Source: Botryllus schlosseri
Taxonomy: Eukaryota
Direction: 5' to 3'
NCBI GenBank assembly: GCA_051294905.1
Contig: CM119383.1
Location: 12,090,001-12,154,000, forward strand
DNA length: 64,000 nucleotides
The position numbers and the translations under genes are program-made. The number at the start of each line of letters is the position of its first letter. The stretch's first letter is position 1. Below, piece by piece: positions 15,101 to 26,754 of this stretch. The notes below the pieces were generated by a model. That model ran no database searches. It saw nothing but the letters and a program-made list of their open reading frames with translations, and was not told the origin of the DNA.

Positions 15101-18100
15101 CCCCATTATTTGCCTGTCCGCGTTTATTAGTAAGGTGGCAATCCACAGGAAAGAATATCACGATTCTTAACCCGTAACTAAATTTCACTTGAGAATTACT
15201 TGACTTTGTATTTTTTAACATGCCTTGTCCTGTTTCTACTCCTTCAACACGGGCAAGTATTCGGACAGCATAAAAACTGTGGGGAGGCAGTACAAATATC
15301 TATATACATTCATATCAAAGCATGTAATCCAAGCCGGACATCAAATTGTGGTTGATACGTCACGAACTCTAAATTACAGCAGACTAAGCAATCCCAGAAC
15401 ATCACAAGCGGGCGAACATCTGCGGTACAAACCTCGTTATTTGATCTTTGTGCGTTTGTATGACCGACACGGCGGAGGGGTGGTTGCTGCAGTATTCTTC
15501 GTACAGCTTACGAAACGTTTCGCTGTTCTTCTGGAAGCAGTGGCCAGGGTTTTGTTGCGGATAGTTCAACCTATACAAACGGAAAAGGGTTAAATAATAC
15601 CAGGGGGCACACTTCACTTCGAAAATGGCCAACGGTAGTATTAAACCGTCATATAATTAATTTACCGTAAAAGCACAATGAATATCCCTAATATTTTATA
15701 AACACAAAATAAGAAATTGAAATACACCATTCTAATGTCGCCTATAACATGTCAACAGTGATTTGCCTGCTATTACCACACGCCGTTGCTGTATTTGATC
15801 TATTCAAAAATGAAAGAGGTATTTTGGGATGGGTTCAAAGCAAGGAAGAAGAAATGATAGAAGAATATACACTTATAAAAATATTAAAGCCCTCTAGGTC
15901 CAGAAGCAGTGAATTCTTCTACAGTCATGCTATAAATCAATGAAGCAGTTTTAATACATTCAATTTGAAACAATGCTTCAAGGAATTGCACATTAAAGGG
16001 ACACTGCACTCTAAAAATGATGTGTTCTTAAATTGAAGGGCAAAACGAAAAAAAAAAATTTTGGCCACAGCCATTTTCTTCAGAACGCCACCGTAATTGG
16101 AGCTGCAATTCAGTGAAATTTCCACAAGGGTTTCAAGCTTCAGCAGTCACGTAGAGATCAAACTTTATATTGTTGTCAGCCGATGTTATGAAGGAGATAT
16201 GTCGTACATGCCAAGATGGTTTAGATACCGCGTTCAACGGAAGATGTCCAGTCAGGATTTTCATGTCAAAATCGGGCCTAGTGTATTCTATTTCTTTAGG
16301 AAAGAAATAGATCATGTCTAATAATGTTTTATACAATAAAAAATGTTTTATACATAAGAATAGGACATGATCCATTTCTGTCCTAAAGAAATAGAATACA
16401 CTAGGCCCGATTTTGACATAAAAATCCTGACTGGACATCTTCCGTTGAACGTGGTATCTAAACCACCTTGGCGTGTACGACATATTTCCTTCATAACATC
16501 GGCTGACAACTATATAGAGTTTGATCTCTGTGTGACTGCTGGAGCGTGATGTGTTTGTGGAAATTTCAATAAATTGCAGCTCCATTACGGTGGCGTTCTG
16601 AATAAAATGGCTGCGGCGAATTTTTTTTTCGTTTTGCCCTTCAATTTGAGACCACATCATTTTTAGAGTGGATTGTCCCTTCAATATAAAGAAATGTGAA
16701 TTAGCTCCTATGCCTGGAACAACTACATTGCTTTAAAAGGCAATAGCATAACGAATCCTGTATCTGACGGTTTTATATTACTAAATATTATACCTTAAAA
16801 TTCAGCAGTCAGAAGTGTCATACAATGACAATAAACGCCGGGTGACAAATTGTGGTGAGAAAAATAGGCCTACTGTTAATAATTTGGTGATTCTGACATC
16901 ATTGTCCTGTTTTCAAGACACGCGCTGCCAGATGAGCAGCTGCAATCACCGAATGCATATGCGTTCGATACAAGCCGGCCTGGACAAGGAGTTAGTCTCA
17001 ACTCCAAATCCCGAGTGCTCTGGACAAGCTGAATAAGTTGCTGTAAGCCACATGCTTATTAAACGAAATTACAAAACAACGTACTTTGAACAATCTTCCA
17101 ATTCCTTGACGAATTTGATCTGGAAATCAACAATGGACTGAATGTTTCCGGACAGCACCACGATGTCTGACGCCGGAATACCGTCCCCGCCCGGGACAGT
17201 CTGAGGTTGCAGAGGACTTATATAAACTCCCACGAGGTTTTGCAGTTCCTTCACATAATTTCTCTCGGTTTCCAGCAAATTCTGTAAGACCTGCAAGAAT
17301 AACAAACGGCGATTTAGAAAAAGGGTTGCTTCTTAACACGGGGTTCATGAAAGGCCAATGTTGAAACTATAACTATAAACTACATTGCCCTAAACTAAAG
17401 GATCTGTCCTTATTCTCTACTGTATGTCCTTATTTTGTCGTAATTTAATTGCTTTCCACAGGTCACAAGAGCCACACGGACAGTACAAACACTAACAATA
17501 TTAATAATTGCACTTTAACCGGTAGGCCTGATCAGTCGGCGACAGGGTTGGGTGGAAGTGATTGCCTTTTTTTAGTCATCAGGAAGCTTTTCAGGCATTA
17601 ACTAGATAAAATAGTAATGAAGTCATCAGCTTTCCAAATGCCACGGTTAGGGGAGCCCCCGGGACACATCCACCAAAAAAAATTGGAGGCCACGCTAATT
17701 AAGATTAAGAACTCAAGTTTTAGAAGATACAAGCAAACGACAAGTATACAAATTAACATCAAAAGTCCAGATATATTGAAAGCATGACTAAGCCCTGATA
17801 ACTCTGAGAAAATCGAAAAGATTTCAATCAATCAACAGGCTTCTAATAGTCTCGTGATCAGACCCCATGATTATGGGGTAGGATGAGTGTTAAGGTCCCA
17901 GTGTTTAGTGGAAGTCGGAGGCCCTACCCAAAGTCAATGACATTTCAAAATGTATACACGATGGAATCAATTTTGGAAAGTAGGGCTTACCGTATGTCAA
18001 ACACACTCACGTATGCCGTACCCCCAGTCTCGTAAACAAGTATCAAATTCTAGAATGGCAAAATGAAGCAAATATCGCAAAACACCACACTACACTAGAC

Positions 18101-20617
18101 TTCTGTTCTCAGTGCAGAATATCAATCAGTAAATATAGTACCTTACTGTAAACACATTTATAGAATAATGACGTCCCAACTCATTTCCATTGAACAAACA
18201 CAGGGTCATTCTAAAACCATCTATGTACCAATAAATCAGCCAAACTCAATACAGCCAACTCGGAACAATAGGCGAGGTTATCTGCTCATGAATTTAAACC
18301 AAGTCACGATTTTTTTCCAACACAGAGTCATTATTTGAACATAGGCACATACTGAGATAAGACAAGATTATACAACATGAATCCATTCCATGATTCCAAC
18401 TATACAGAGACGAAGATAGGTTAGATAGCTATCAATCAGTAATGTCATGCTGGGCATTGCTAGTGTATTAGGCATTCCCAGTTTGAATTGAATGTAAATT
18501 GAAAAAGATGACCATCCCTTGAAGCCTTTTGTGAGTACTACTACGTAGGATTCAAAGTCAATACTCACACCAGCAGGGTTGGCAATGAGCATATTGTGAA
18601 ATCAATTTACCGGTACATCATATGCACATTATATTTAATCTAACCCTAAACAGAGAAACAGGTGCAGAACCAATTACTGTCAATCAGCCAGCACAATAAT
18701 CTTGGCCCCTTTAGAATACAAATCAAGCGACAAATTCATGACCACAAGTTCACAACCGATAGATTACTAGACAGCTTTGTATAATTAGGTCACTCAAAAA
18801 GGAATTAGAGAAAACAAGATGGGAATTTTGAAGCAAGGGATTTACATCCATATTAATATGCATAAGCTTAATAACCTAAAGATCACTTGTAGAAAAATTG
18901 AACATTGTAATTCATAATAATAACAACATCAACCATAATCACAGGATCTATCCAAAACACTGCAAAAAGTCCGTAAATGAGTATCTTGAAATGTACTATA
19001 GGCCTATATCATCATGGTAATGTGGAGGAACATGATCGGCATAACAATTTCATCGTAAATTCAATTTGTGACTGAAATGACAAGAAATTATCATCAAGAA
19101 TTCACCTGTTGATAGTATGCAACTTTTGTCTCTTGTGTCTTGGAATCTACTTGATCTTGTAAGGAAGATTTTTGTGGACCAGCTTGAGATGGTATGGCAT
19201 CTGTCAAGAGTTGATGTATTTAATCATGATTCTTTTGCCTATGTAAGGAATAACGAACGATAGTGTATTGAGAAAGGCGTGAATATTTTACTTTAATTGA
19301 AATTCCAAGATTCTAAATCATTGTCCACACAAACCGCGTACACATAAATTATCCTAATTATAGCTCTTGGACTTACAATACATTACACCAAATGCGGAAT
19401 GAATGGTAGAGCTAAGCTTATTAAGCTACCACAGCAAACGTACCCGGTTCTATTTTCTTGGTGGTTCTTATTTCTCTAACAAAGTTGCTTGGGAACCATC
19501 CCATGTTGCTGTTCAGAGTCCCTTCCCACCAGCCACCATCTTCTTTTTTGGTAACCTGGTACCCAATTTCAATTACATAGAAAACAATAGACAATAGCTC
19601 CAATATTTTCCAATTTCATGAATGGGAAAAGAGAAGATTTGAATAATACCGAAGGAACTGCTCCAAACAGCTCAGCATTAGAACAGATGAGTAGACTGGA
19701 AAAATACCTAGAACTACGGCAACACGTAGATCTGCCTTGTACTTAAAAATTTGCGATAACTGCAACAAGATTCAATGGAGCTTCAAATATATTGAAAATA
19801 TCTATTGCTAAAAAATATTTATAAATTATAATTTATAAATTGATAGTATTTAAGATCTGCTTCAATGTCAAGGATGAGAGAGAAATAAAGAGATTTATTG
19901 AATGTTCTTGGGATAACTATTGGCAAAAACTTCAGCATGGACAATTGGGCATGCTAGGCATCAAGCTAAATAGAACTAAACTAAATACAATCTGATTTTT
20001 GAAAAAAGCATTACCATGAAAAATGATTGTCTATGCATATTGGAACAAAATTAACGCTTCTTCCACGATGTTCACAAGAATAAAAGCGCCTCTGATCAAG
20101 TTATGTGGAGACTATCGAAATTTCATTGCAATTACACGGAAATTTGTGAAGATTATTGAAAGATGCATGCAAAAACGATGGTGCATGGGCTTAGCAAATA
20201 AAGCTACTTGCACGGTCGAGGCCCAGAAATCTAATTGATTTTGAATTGCTTACTTGCTACGATTACTCACAGGTGACTTTCAAGTATAAGAAGCACTCAT
20301 AACGTTTAGTCAACAGTTTCATTAATCTCACTGGTAAAATGTCAGAAACTTGAACTCTGGAAAATTTGTTGTTTTCTAATTCACTGGTTGTCAAAATATG
20401 AGAGAATCTCTTGAAACCAGGTCGGCCTACTATGAATTATTATTCGTACAAATATAGTAATTCCTTCATAAAATCTGAAGGTAAAACTGATAGGCGCATC
20501 TATAGAACTTCTTACCGTGATTATGTCTCCCTTTTTGAAGGCTAATTCATCCTCATTCTGTCTCTGGTACGAATGCTTAGCTCGTACTTTCATAAGCTTT
20601 TTGGTGCCGGCACTCAT
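137..20617 (-). CDS. ARHGEF7: Rho GEF beta-PIX/Cool-1-like, short SH3-DH-PH-GBD-coiled-coil form without CH domain, ~658 aa, 16 exons
   Basis: Exons 5'->3': 20617-20516, 19555-19444, 19200-19106, 17290-17085, 15570-15433, 14425-14308, 14243-14184, 13770-13627, 13421-13256, 11064-10904, 10632-10545, 9691-9482, 7095-7018, 1230-1140, 1074-1020, 289-137 (1977 nt). All introns are GT-AG and phases match. PIX motifs: SH3 [32 protein letters not shown]; [33 protein letters not shown]; [17 protein letters not shown]; LRPAAPLR; GIT-binding [10 protein letters not shown]; LEEKIIVE; [11 protein letters not shown] coiled coil. Confidence 0.95.
4631..4810. repeat. Degenerate (AACCCT)n-like hexamer tract
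   Basis: Repeated AACCCT/AAGCT/AACCT variants with ~6-bp period in a PIX intron. Confidence 0.6.
8452..8830. mobile_element. Degenerate MITE family B copy; related fragments near 315-430 and 13000-13130
   Basis: CACAGGTGGTCAGCAATGAAATACTTTTACTCTTTCAGAGTACTCAA resembles the family B terminus, followed by CTACTC-rich sequence. The right boundary is uncertain. Confidence 0.5.
10209..10375. repeat. Interspersed repeat family A, copy 1 (hairpin form)
   Basis: Core CAATTCTCTACTAGTTGCTGACGAT.ACCCCTGACGAG..TCAGCCGAAAATATTC.GGTT.ATTTCAATATGAATA. The preceding ~45 bp is its inverted complement. Confidence 0.8.
11457..12597. mobile_element. Non-autonomous hAT-type DNA transposon (1141 bp) in PIX intron
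   Basis: Perfect 14-bp TIR CAGAGGTCTCAAAC/GTTTGAGACCTCTG. Perfect 8-bp TSD ATCTAATC at 11449-11456 and 12598-12605. Subterminal CGCGGGCC motifs; no transposase. Confidence 0.9.
12808..12890. repeat. Family A copy 2
   Basis: TTCCAATTCTCTACTAGTTGCTGACGATTACCCTTGACTAGTGACAGCCGAAGATTTTCGGGTTCATTTCAAAATGAATAT. Confidence 0.8.
15997..16680. mobile_element. Kolobok-type foldback MITE, 684 bp with ~320-bp inverted arms
   Basis: TTAA|AGGGACAC...TGTCCCT|TCAA. RR/YY termini with a TTAA target are the Kolobok signature. The arms are reverse complements over nearly their whole length, with a ~40-bp AT spacer near 16320-16365. Confidence 0.85.
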
Positions 20618-21243
20618 GATCAAATGTTAATGTGAGGCTCGTTAATAATGATAGGAACACGATCCAAAGTTGGAAGAAACTCTCAGGACGTAGTCTTCTT
20701 CAATCAGAAATTCAATGGATACAGAAACACCATGCTACGATCTGTATAGATATCACTGACAATATCCTAGTCTGAAAAGTAATTGACATTTGTGGCACAA
20801 GTTCAAAACAGCCTTTTCCAAAAGAAGTCACCTCAAACTTTTCATGAAACGCGAGTATCATCAATCACCATAACCAACATTAAACACCTGTCAAGCAAAT
20901 TAAATATCCTTCGTAAGATAGTTTTCATGATGCAATTAAGTCTTAATGAGAAAAACCGGTCGATGCTAACAACATCATATCTTATAGACAAGGAAAACAC
21001 AAGTGACATCATGAAATATACACAGAGTGTGATTTTAAAGCGTCAATTGGCACCATCAATTCGACAGTATGGTATCAAGGCAAAAACCATATGTGCACTG
21101 CAATGCTAGTCACACAATGATCATGAGCACAACATTGTTCAAGAAATGGGGATTTTAAGTATAGGGGCGCCATGCTAACACACACAGTGCAACAACTATA
21201 CTTAAAATACCGAAGATAATTACAAAAACAATGCAAGTAATTT

Positions 21244-21507
21244 TCACCGCTGCAACTTCGACTGGACTTCTCTGTCTATTTCATCACACAGACGGTCCTT
21301 CGACATTTGCCTCCAGGTGTAAGCATATATCGATAGTACCATTCCAGTTAGTCCGAGAGCAAAGATATTCTTTCTACGAGATCTCAGGTGTGCGAATTTC
21401 TGGTAACGACTCCTGGTCTGATCCGCGATGTATTTCTTTTGTGCTTCGGTGAGATTGTCTTCCCATACTTTCACCCTCTCCATACGTTTATACTCTTTGT
21501 CGGCCAT
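21244..21507 (-). CDS. COA3: Cytochrome c oxidase assembly factor 3 (CCDC56), 87 aa, single coding exon
   Basis: From MADKEYKR (ATG at 21507, codon 30 of the track ORF). The segment LTEAQ...RSRRKNIFALGLTGMVLSIYAYTWRQMSKDRLCDEID matches the remembered COA3 pattern (R..RNI.TGLGIGALVL.IYGYTF.SI.QERFLDELE) with one TM helix. The upstream MLAGCFF... extension is probably UTR. Confidence 0.88.
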   Translation of the reverse strand: MADKEYKRMERVKVWEDNLTEAQKKYIADQTRSRYQKFAHLRSRRKNIFALGLTGMVLSIYAYTWRQMSKDRLCDEIDREVQSKLQR

Positions 21508-21509
21508 AT

Positions 21510-23255
21510 CTGACCTTGAGCTTGACAGGCGCAGGAATTGACGACGGACAGAGATTTCGGAACGGAAACTGACGAAGAAACACCCCGCAAGCAAACAACA
21601 AACTGAATAGCGCAGGGAACTACGAGACTTATGACGTCAGTTTTGTTATAGCGAAAATAGGATTGGGGCCCGCCTGCCAGCCTAATATTTTCGTCAGCTG
21701 TGGATTGCGGGTTTTGACCACAATGTGAATGCATTGAAAGTCTAGACATCCAAAGTTTAAGGGGCAAAAGAACTTGATAACGATAATGATATCCGATTTG
21801 CAGTAAGTACCGAGGTTTCGGCATCCTCCTGTCTGTTCATTTGACATCGCACTGTGTCTTGTATATCGCATTCTACGTTTTGTGAGTGTCTTAGGCAAAT
21901 GAAAATATAATCTGACGATTATTATTATTATTGATTAAGACTAGGTCCGGTAATCTCAAGCGCTAACTAGCAGTTGGCAAAATGACTTCTCCGCGTGAAT
22001 CAAATCAGGAAATAATGAGAAACGATTCATATATCTCAAAGCGTGTGAACCGTGTAGTAAAGCAAAGACCGCAGGAAAAGTGCAAGCGGCAGCTCAAATC
22101 CAACAGGTCGTTAATCCAAATCCCTTACTGATAAAAAATATTGCTGTTTTGAGGTGTTTTGTTGGGAGTTTTGGAATAAATTTGTTTGCAAAAATCCATT
22201 TTCTCCTGTGATATACATAACCGCTATCCCAGAATAACTTCAACTTGAGCTGCTAGAGAGAAATGACTAGTCGGGACGTTATGTGGTGCCATATGTTGCG
22301 ATCATACCCAATAATGCGTCGCCGGAATCGTTACGTGTTATTATATTACATTCGCCACCACCTATCTATGTGGAAATTAAATGATTTTTGGCATTCGTTC
22401 AGGTCAAATCGACGGCGCGGATTTTCATGACACGGCCATGTATTTCTAGAAAAACAGCTACAGAATTCGCTTTGAAATAATAAAATTCTTCCCAATAGTA
22501 TGATGTTTTTTTTCAATAAAGGTCATTCTATTGCTGTTTATGACTAGCCTACACTTAATATTTGCACAATACAGATATGGCGGCTGCGCAATAATAGACC
22601 TAAATTTGAACTAAAACTTGGGGCTCCACGGGGGTCCGTGACGATCCAAATAGGGTCCGCGAATACAAAAAGGTTCAGAACCAATGCATCTTTCCATTGT
22701 ATCGCAACCTTTTGGTGCTTTGAATTGATGAAAATTTTAATAAAACGATGATGAACCTAACGTCCTAACCTATCTTTGAACCTAACTGTTTGATACATTT
22801 GAGATTAGCGCTTTATATCCAGTTCCTATTTCAGATTCGAATTTACGTCCAGATCCAAGTCGAGAAATATTTTGCAGACTGTAGATTGAGGGTAGATCCT
22901 AGTTCAAAACCGGTAATCACTTTAATTAGTTCAGGTATTGCACAAAATTCAAAACAAAAATTTCAATTAAAATTTCAGATCCAAATCCAGCTTCGAAATA
23001 ATCGTGAATCCATATCTAATCCAAATCCACGAATATGTCACAGTGGGATGAGCATGAGCATCCCAGCTGTTTGGCTTGTTGTTACGTCATCGTGCTCCTG
23101 TGCCGAAAGCTCTGAGAAAGCTCAGCTAATTAGCTCAAGCTCTGAGAAAGCTCAAGATCAGTCTGCTCCAAGAACGGAGGGCGTAGGAGCCGTAGGGGAG
23201 CGTTTGCGTGATTCTTTAGGCGCAAAATAATGATACTCAGTGCGCGCACAATAAG
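21510..23255. promoter_or_regulatory. Candidate divergent promoter interval between COA3 and CTIF, with probable non-coding CTIF exon 1 ending at 23255
   Basis: Head-to-head genes. CpG-rich patches at 21510-21700 (CRE TGACGTCA at 21632-21639) and 23040-23260. An exact 18-bp direct repeat lies at 23107-23124 and 23137-23154. Donor AG|GTAAAT at 23256; acceptor TTATTTCAG at 24337. Confidence 0.45.
22795..23035. repeat. Degenerate ATCCAA/TCCAGA hexamer-periodic repeat; related tracts at ~7355-7520 and ~33180-33380 (inverted)
   Basis: Recurrent GTCCAAATCC/CAGATCC words at three loci. Relatedness judged by eye. Confidence 0.45.
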
Positions 23256-24414
23256 GTAAATCGCCAGGAAAGTTTTACAGTTTTTGGCAGGTTGTGATTG
23301 ATTTACATGTAGCCAGACTTCATCATCATCATCATTGGTTTATTAGCAATTTTATCAGTTCAATACACCACAAAAAATGCGATACAATGAATAGACAGGA
23401 AGATGTCGACTTGGATCCGTTTTGCCTAAATATATGTGCATGCGCTTTATCGTTTTCAGGGAATCAGGATTAAAATTGAAGAGATTTATATCAGTGGACG
23501 ATAAATAGAGATTAAAATGTTGCAGCTTGTAGGCATAAATTAGAGACCATTCATACTACAAATAACACATAGATCTGAATGGTACATATTATTAGGTGCA
23601 ACAGATCCTCCAACCATCATAACTTTATTGAAATTTTCATCAAATCAATAGGCCTACACCACAAGATTGCGATATAATGAAAAGATATAGGAGGGTGCCG
23701 AAACGACTTGGTGTAGTCTTTTGATCAGACCCACCTCAACTGCCAGCACTATACGTTGAAAGAGACTTTCTATACCCATTATGATATGAAAGTACTCAGT
23801 ATATACTTTGATGTCATCCTGAAAGAACTACATGCTGTTACAAATGCAATGTTCCCAGAGTGATTACACATAAGTGCACTAGACCCGGAACTCTATACTA
23901 GGGCCTATATAACTTAGTCATCATGCATTGCAGTACTTTTCTCTCTTCTCTCTTCACACACATGCGTATCTCTTGTCTCAGTTGATTTGATATTCATACA
24001 CATTCATCTCTATATAAAATATATTTCAAAGAGGCATTCCCGCATGAGTGATGCTGTCGGGCCAAGGGCTTCATGATTAGTCTTATACTTCTGGGTTCTG
24101 ATTATGCCGACTTGGGTAAATATTGAGTCATAGGCCCCACCATTCATAATGGATATCAGACTCGCTAATTGTCATCTGGCTGTCACTATTAGGCTGTGTT
24201 GGGTATGTTCATGTTCACCCCTGTAATCACGTTTTGGAGGGCCATTTTATTAGTTTTTGTCCCAGTGTTATTCTAGCAGAAATGACATTAGGTGTTAATC
24301 AGAATTGATTCAATCAGTAAATAATTTCTTATTTCAGTGGGGTCGTTGATATTGCTATGTTTTGGAATAAGTAATTGATTGGGCAAATATAAAATCATCT
24401 AATCTGTATTTGAC

Positions 24415-25911
24415 ATGGATACCGAGATTGCCGACTTGGAGAGTTTCATCGACAGTTATGTTGCCGAGGACGATTGTATCGCTTCCACAACATTCACTAA
24501 TAGTTCCGCTGCTAACAATGAATATGAATACAATGATAAAGAATTTGAAGAAGAGCTAAAAGAACGTCAAAGTCGCCAAGACTCCATGATCCGTGCCATG
24601 TCATCCCAGCGCCACGCCAATGGAGCCGCAGATCCTATCGGATTGTCTTCAGATTTCTACACAGCTGAATATTTGCAAGAAGCACCCCATTCTTTTTACA
24701 CTTCTATCGCCGAAGCGGGTTTGCCGTATGCACCTTATCCCAATGACTACCATTTCAATCCAATGGTTGATAGCCATCCGCCTTCACAGCCGTATCTTGA
24801 TGACGTTGGCATGCCAAATTTTCATATACCCGACAGTGGTGCATCGTCACTAAATGCTGAACAACACAGAAATATTTCAAACAACGATCTGAGGCACCGG
24901 TTAAACGGTAAAAAGCGGATAAATAGCCAAAGAAAAGATCTACCCGGCCAAACGGCGGGCCATGCCAATAACAATCGCAGAATAAATAAAGGGCAATCAA
25001 CAGATAAACGTGCAGATAGCAAATCTGTTACTACCAACCCACTTATTCAAAATAGCGATAATTACTCCAGTGACCGTGCGAACAGTGGAAAATCAAAACC
25101 CACTGCTATTAAGCCGCACAGTCGACACAGCTCACAGTCAAGTTCCAGCGAGAGCTCGAGCTCGGCAAAAAACAGTATCGTATCCGACCGCAGTAAATCG
25201 GAAGTGCACTCTTGGCTGCATCGGGATGCCAAAGCCGGCAAACAGCCGCTAGAACGTCAATTCCAAAATATGAAAGTGTCAAAAAAATCGGACCTTTCCA
25301 AATTACTAAAATCTGCACATGCGTTCATGATTACCGAGGAGAAAATGAAGGAGGTCGCGGAAATGATTTGCAAAAAAGCAATGAAAAATCCAGCCTCCGC
25401 CCAAAGCGGCGCTGTGTTGTCCAGTGAGATGTCGCATCGAATGGTTAATGGTACTAGTTTCCGTACTGTCCTTTTGAATGTAGTTCAAAGTCATTTTAAA
25501 AATCGCCAGCGAATGATTCTAAAAGCCATCGAAAGCAATGATAACGAATGGTGTGGTTTTGTGACGTTCCTCACAGAACTGTATCTGAATCTGCGCACTT
25601 CATCAAACGAGAGATTGAAGGCATTAGTCAACCCCGTATTTGATTGCTTTCACCTTACACTAGACCAGAAGCAGCTGAACCGTAAATTGTCCGAGTGTCT
25701 TTTCGATAATTTGAAAATAGCCGGGGCTTTCTTAGACGAAGCCAATCCACAAAGAATGACGCAGCTCATATCTCTTTTACGAGACACTTGCGTGGTTTCC
25801 AGTAACATGTCCCTTGAAGCGCGTAGAAATCTTTTGCAATCATTAGAATATTATGCACGGGGTTGGAAAAGTAATGCCTCTGACGAACCCTATTATCGTA
25901 GTGATACCTAA
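24415..25911 (+). CDS. CTIF: CBP80/20-dependent translation initiation factor (MIF4G domain), 498 aa, uninterrupted CDS
   Basis: N-terminal EIADLESFIDSYV matches CTIF EIEELERFIDSYV. The C-terminal MIF4G has V.GTSFRTVLLN.VQ..F, W.GFVTFL.EL..NLR.SS.E..K.LV.PVF.C and R..LLQ.LE.YA.GW. The middle is low-complexity Ser/Asn/Arg-rich. Confidence 0.92.
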   Translation: MDTEIADLESFIDSYVAEDDCIASTTFTNSSAANNEYEYNDKEFEEELKERQSRQDSMIRAMSSQRHANGAADPIGLSSDFYTAEYLQEAPHSFYTSIAEAGLPYAPYPNDYHFNPMVDSHPPSQPYLDDVGMPNFHIPDSGASSLNAEQHRNISNNDLRHRLNGKKRINSQRKDLPGQTAGHANNNRRINKGQSTDKRADSKSVTTNPLIQNSDNYSSDRANSGKSKPTAIKPHSRHSSQSSSSESSSSAKNSIVSDRSKSEVHSWLHRDAKAGKQPLERQFQNMKVSKKSDLSKLLKSAHAFMITEEKMKEVAEMICKKAMKNPASAQSGAVLSSEMSHRMVNGTSFRTVLLNVVQSHFKNRQRMILKAIESNDNEWCGFVTFLTELYLNLRTSSNERLKALVNPVFDCFHLTLDQKQLNRKLSECLFDNLKIAGAFLDEANPQRMTQLISLLRDTCVVSSNMSLEARRNLLQSLEYYARGWKSNASDEPYYRSDT

Positions 25912-26504
25912 TGAAAGGTGTATACTTTTACTTGATACCAATGAATTGCATTTTATTTGCCCATTCATATCATGAGGTGCTTACTTCTCCACGTGTTCTT
26001 ACCTTGCCTTTCCATGATTGATATTAGTGTTGTTTGCATGAGTGTATATTTGTTGTGATAATACAATATACAATCTATTTATGATGTGCGATTTTTCCGT
26101 TCATTTCATTGCATCTTTCACATTTTATATTGATCTTATCTTCTCAAGCATTGGTATGTAACAATGGTATATAATTTAGCCATAGTCTTCGTATATTTCT
26201 TGTGTTATATTTTATGATCAATTTTGAAGTCTAGGAGCATTTGCTTAATTTGCCATTAAGTTATGAGATCATCTCAATAGTGTGTTTTTAAATTAGGGAT
26301 TGGAATGAATAATTGTAAAAAATTCTTTGAATTAGATCTTACTCAAATTCAAACCTTTCAGTGGTTTTGAGATATGTCCAAATTTTCCAAGATAAGAGAT
26401 GCTTGGTTCAGTAACTAATTGACTTGGCATTATATTTCAAGTTATTTGATTTGACGGTATTAACTTGTAATGAGAAGGTAGCTCTTGTTGCTTTACCTAA
26501 ATTA

Positions 26505-26650
26505 CGATTGTTGATATACGCTGTTCTTTCGAATTCTCTACTAGTTGCTGACGATAACCCCTGACGAGTGTCAGCCGAAAATATTCGGGTTCATTTTAAT
26601 ATGAATATACTATTCAATTGTATATTGAAGTTCTGTACCTCAAAGAAGCT
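26505..26650. repeat. Family A copy 3, downstream of CTIF
   Basis: Same core, plus the TACGATTGTTGATATAC upstream and ATTGAAGTTCTGTA downstream segments. Confidence 0.8.
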
Positions 26651-26754
26651 GTCTAAATTACTAAGGAAGCACCTGTATAACACTTGGGAAGTATACGTAA
26701 AGTCAACCATGTACTGCTTACACTGGTGTGTTGTTCATTTTATTAATCCTTGTA

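Noticed and set aside
16133-16684. 183-aa ORF and mirror ORFs at 16097-16321 and 16367-16549
   Set aside because: They lie within the foldback MITE; the mirrored peptides on both strands are a palindrome artefact.
17543-17797. Possible CAGGG-ended MITE; also isolated hAT-like ends at 6435, 22690, 50438, 51901 and 58435
   Set aside because: No matching TIR pair with TSD could be established, so they are not listed as elements.
20618-21243. Upstream CH-domain exons of a long PIX isoform
   Set aside because: No CH-like coding sequence was found before COA3 or further upstream in the window.
21508-21594. N-terminal extension of COA3 from the TTG start in the ORF track
   Set aside because: Non-ATG start; the homology begins at MADKEY.
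22790-23230. 146-aa ORF with QIQ/NPNP periodicity
   Set aside because: It translates a degenerate hexamer repeat; no domain or splice support.
24593-25494. Several short ORFs overlapping CTIF
   Set aside because: Off-frame or antisense shadows with no independent support.
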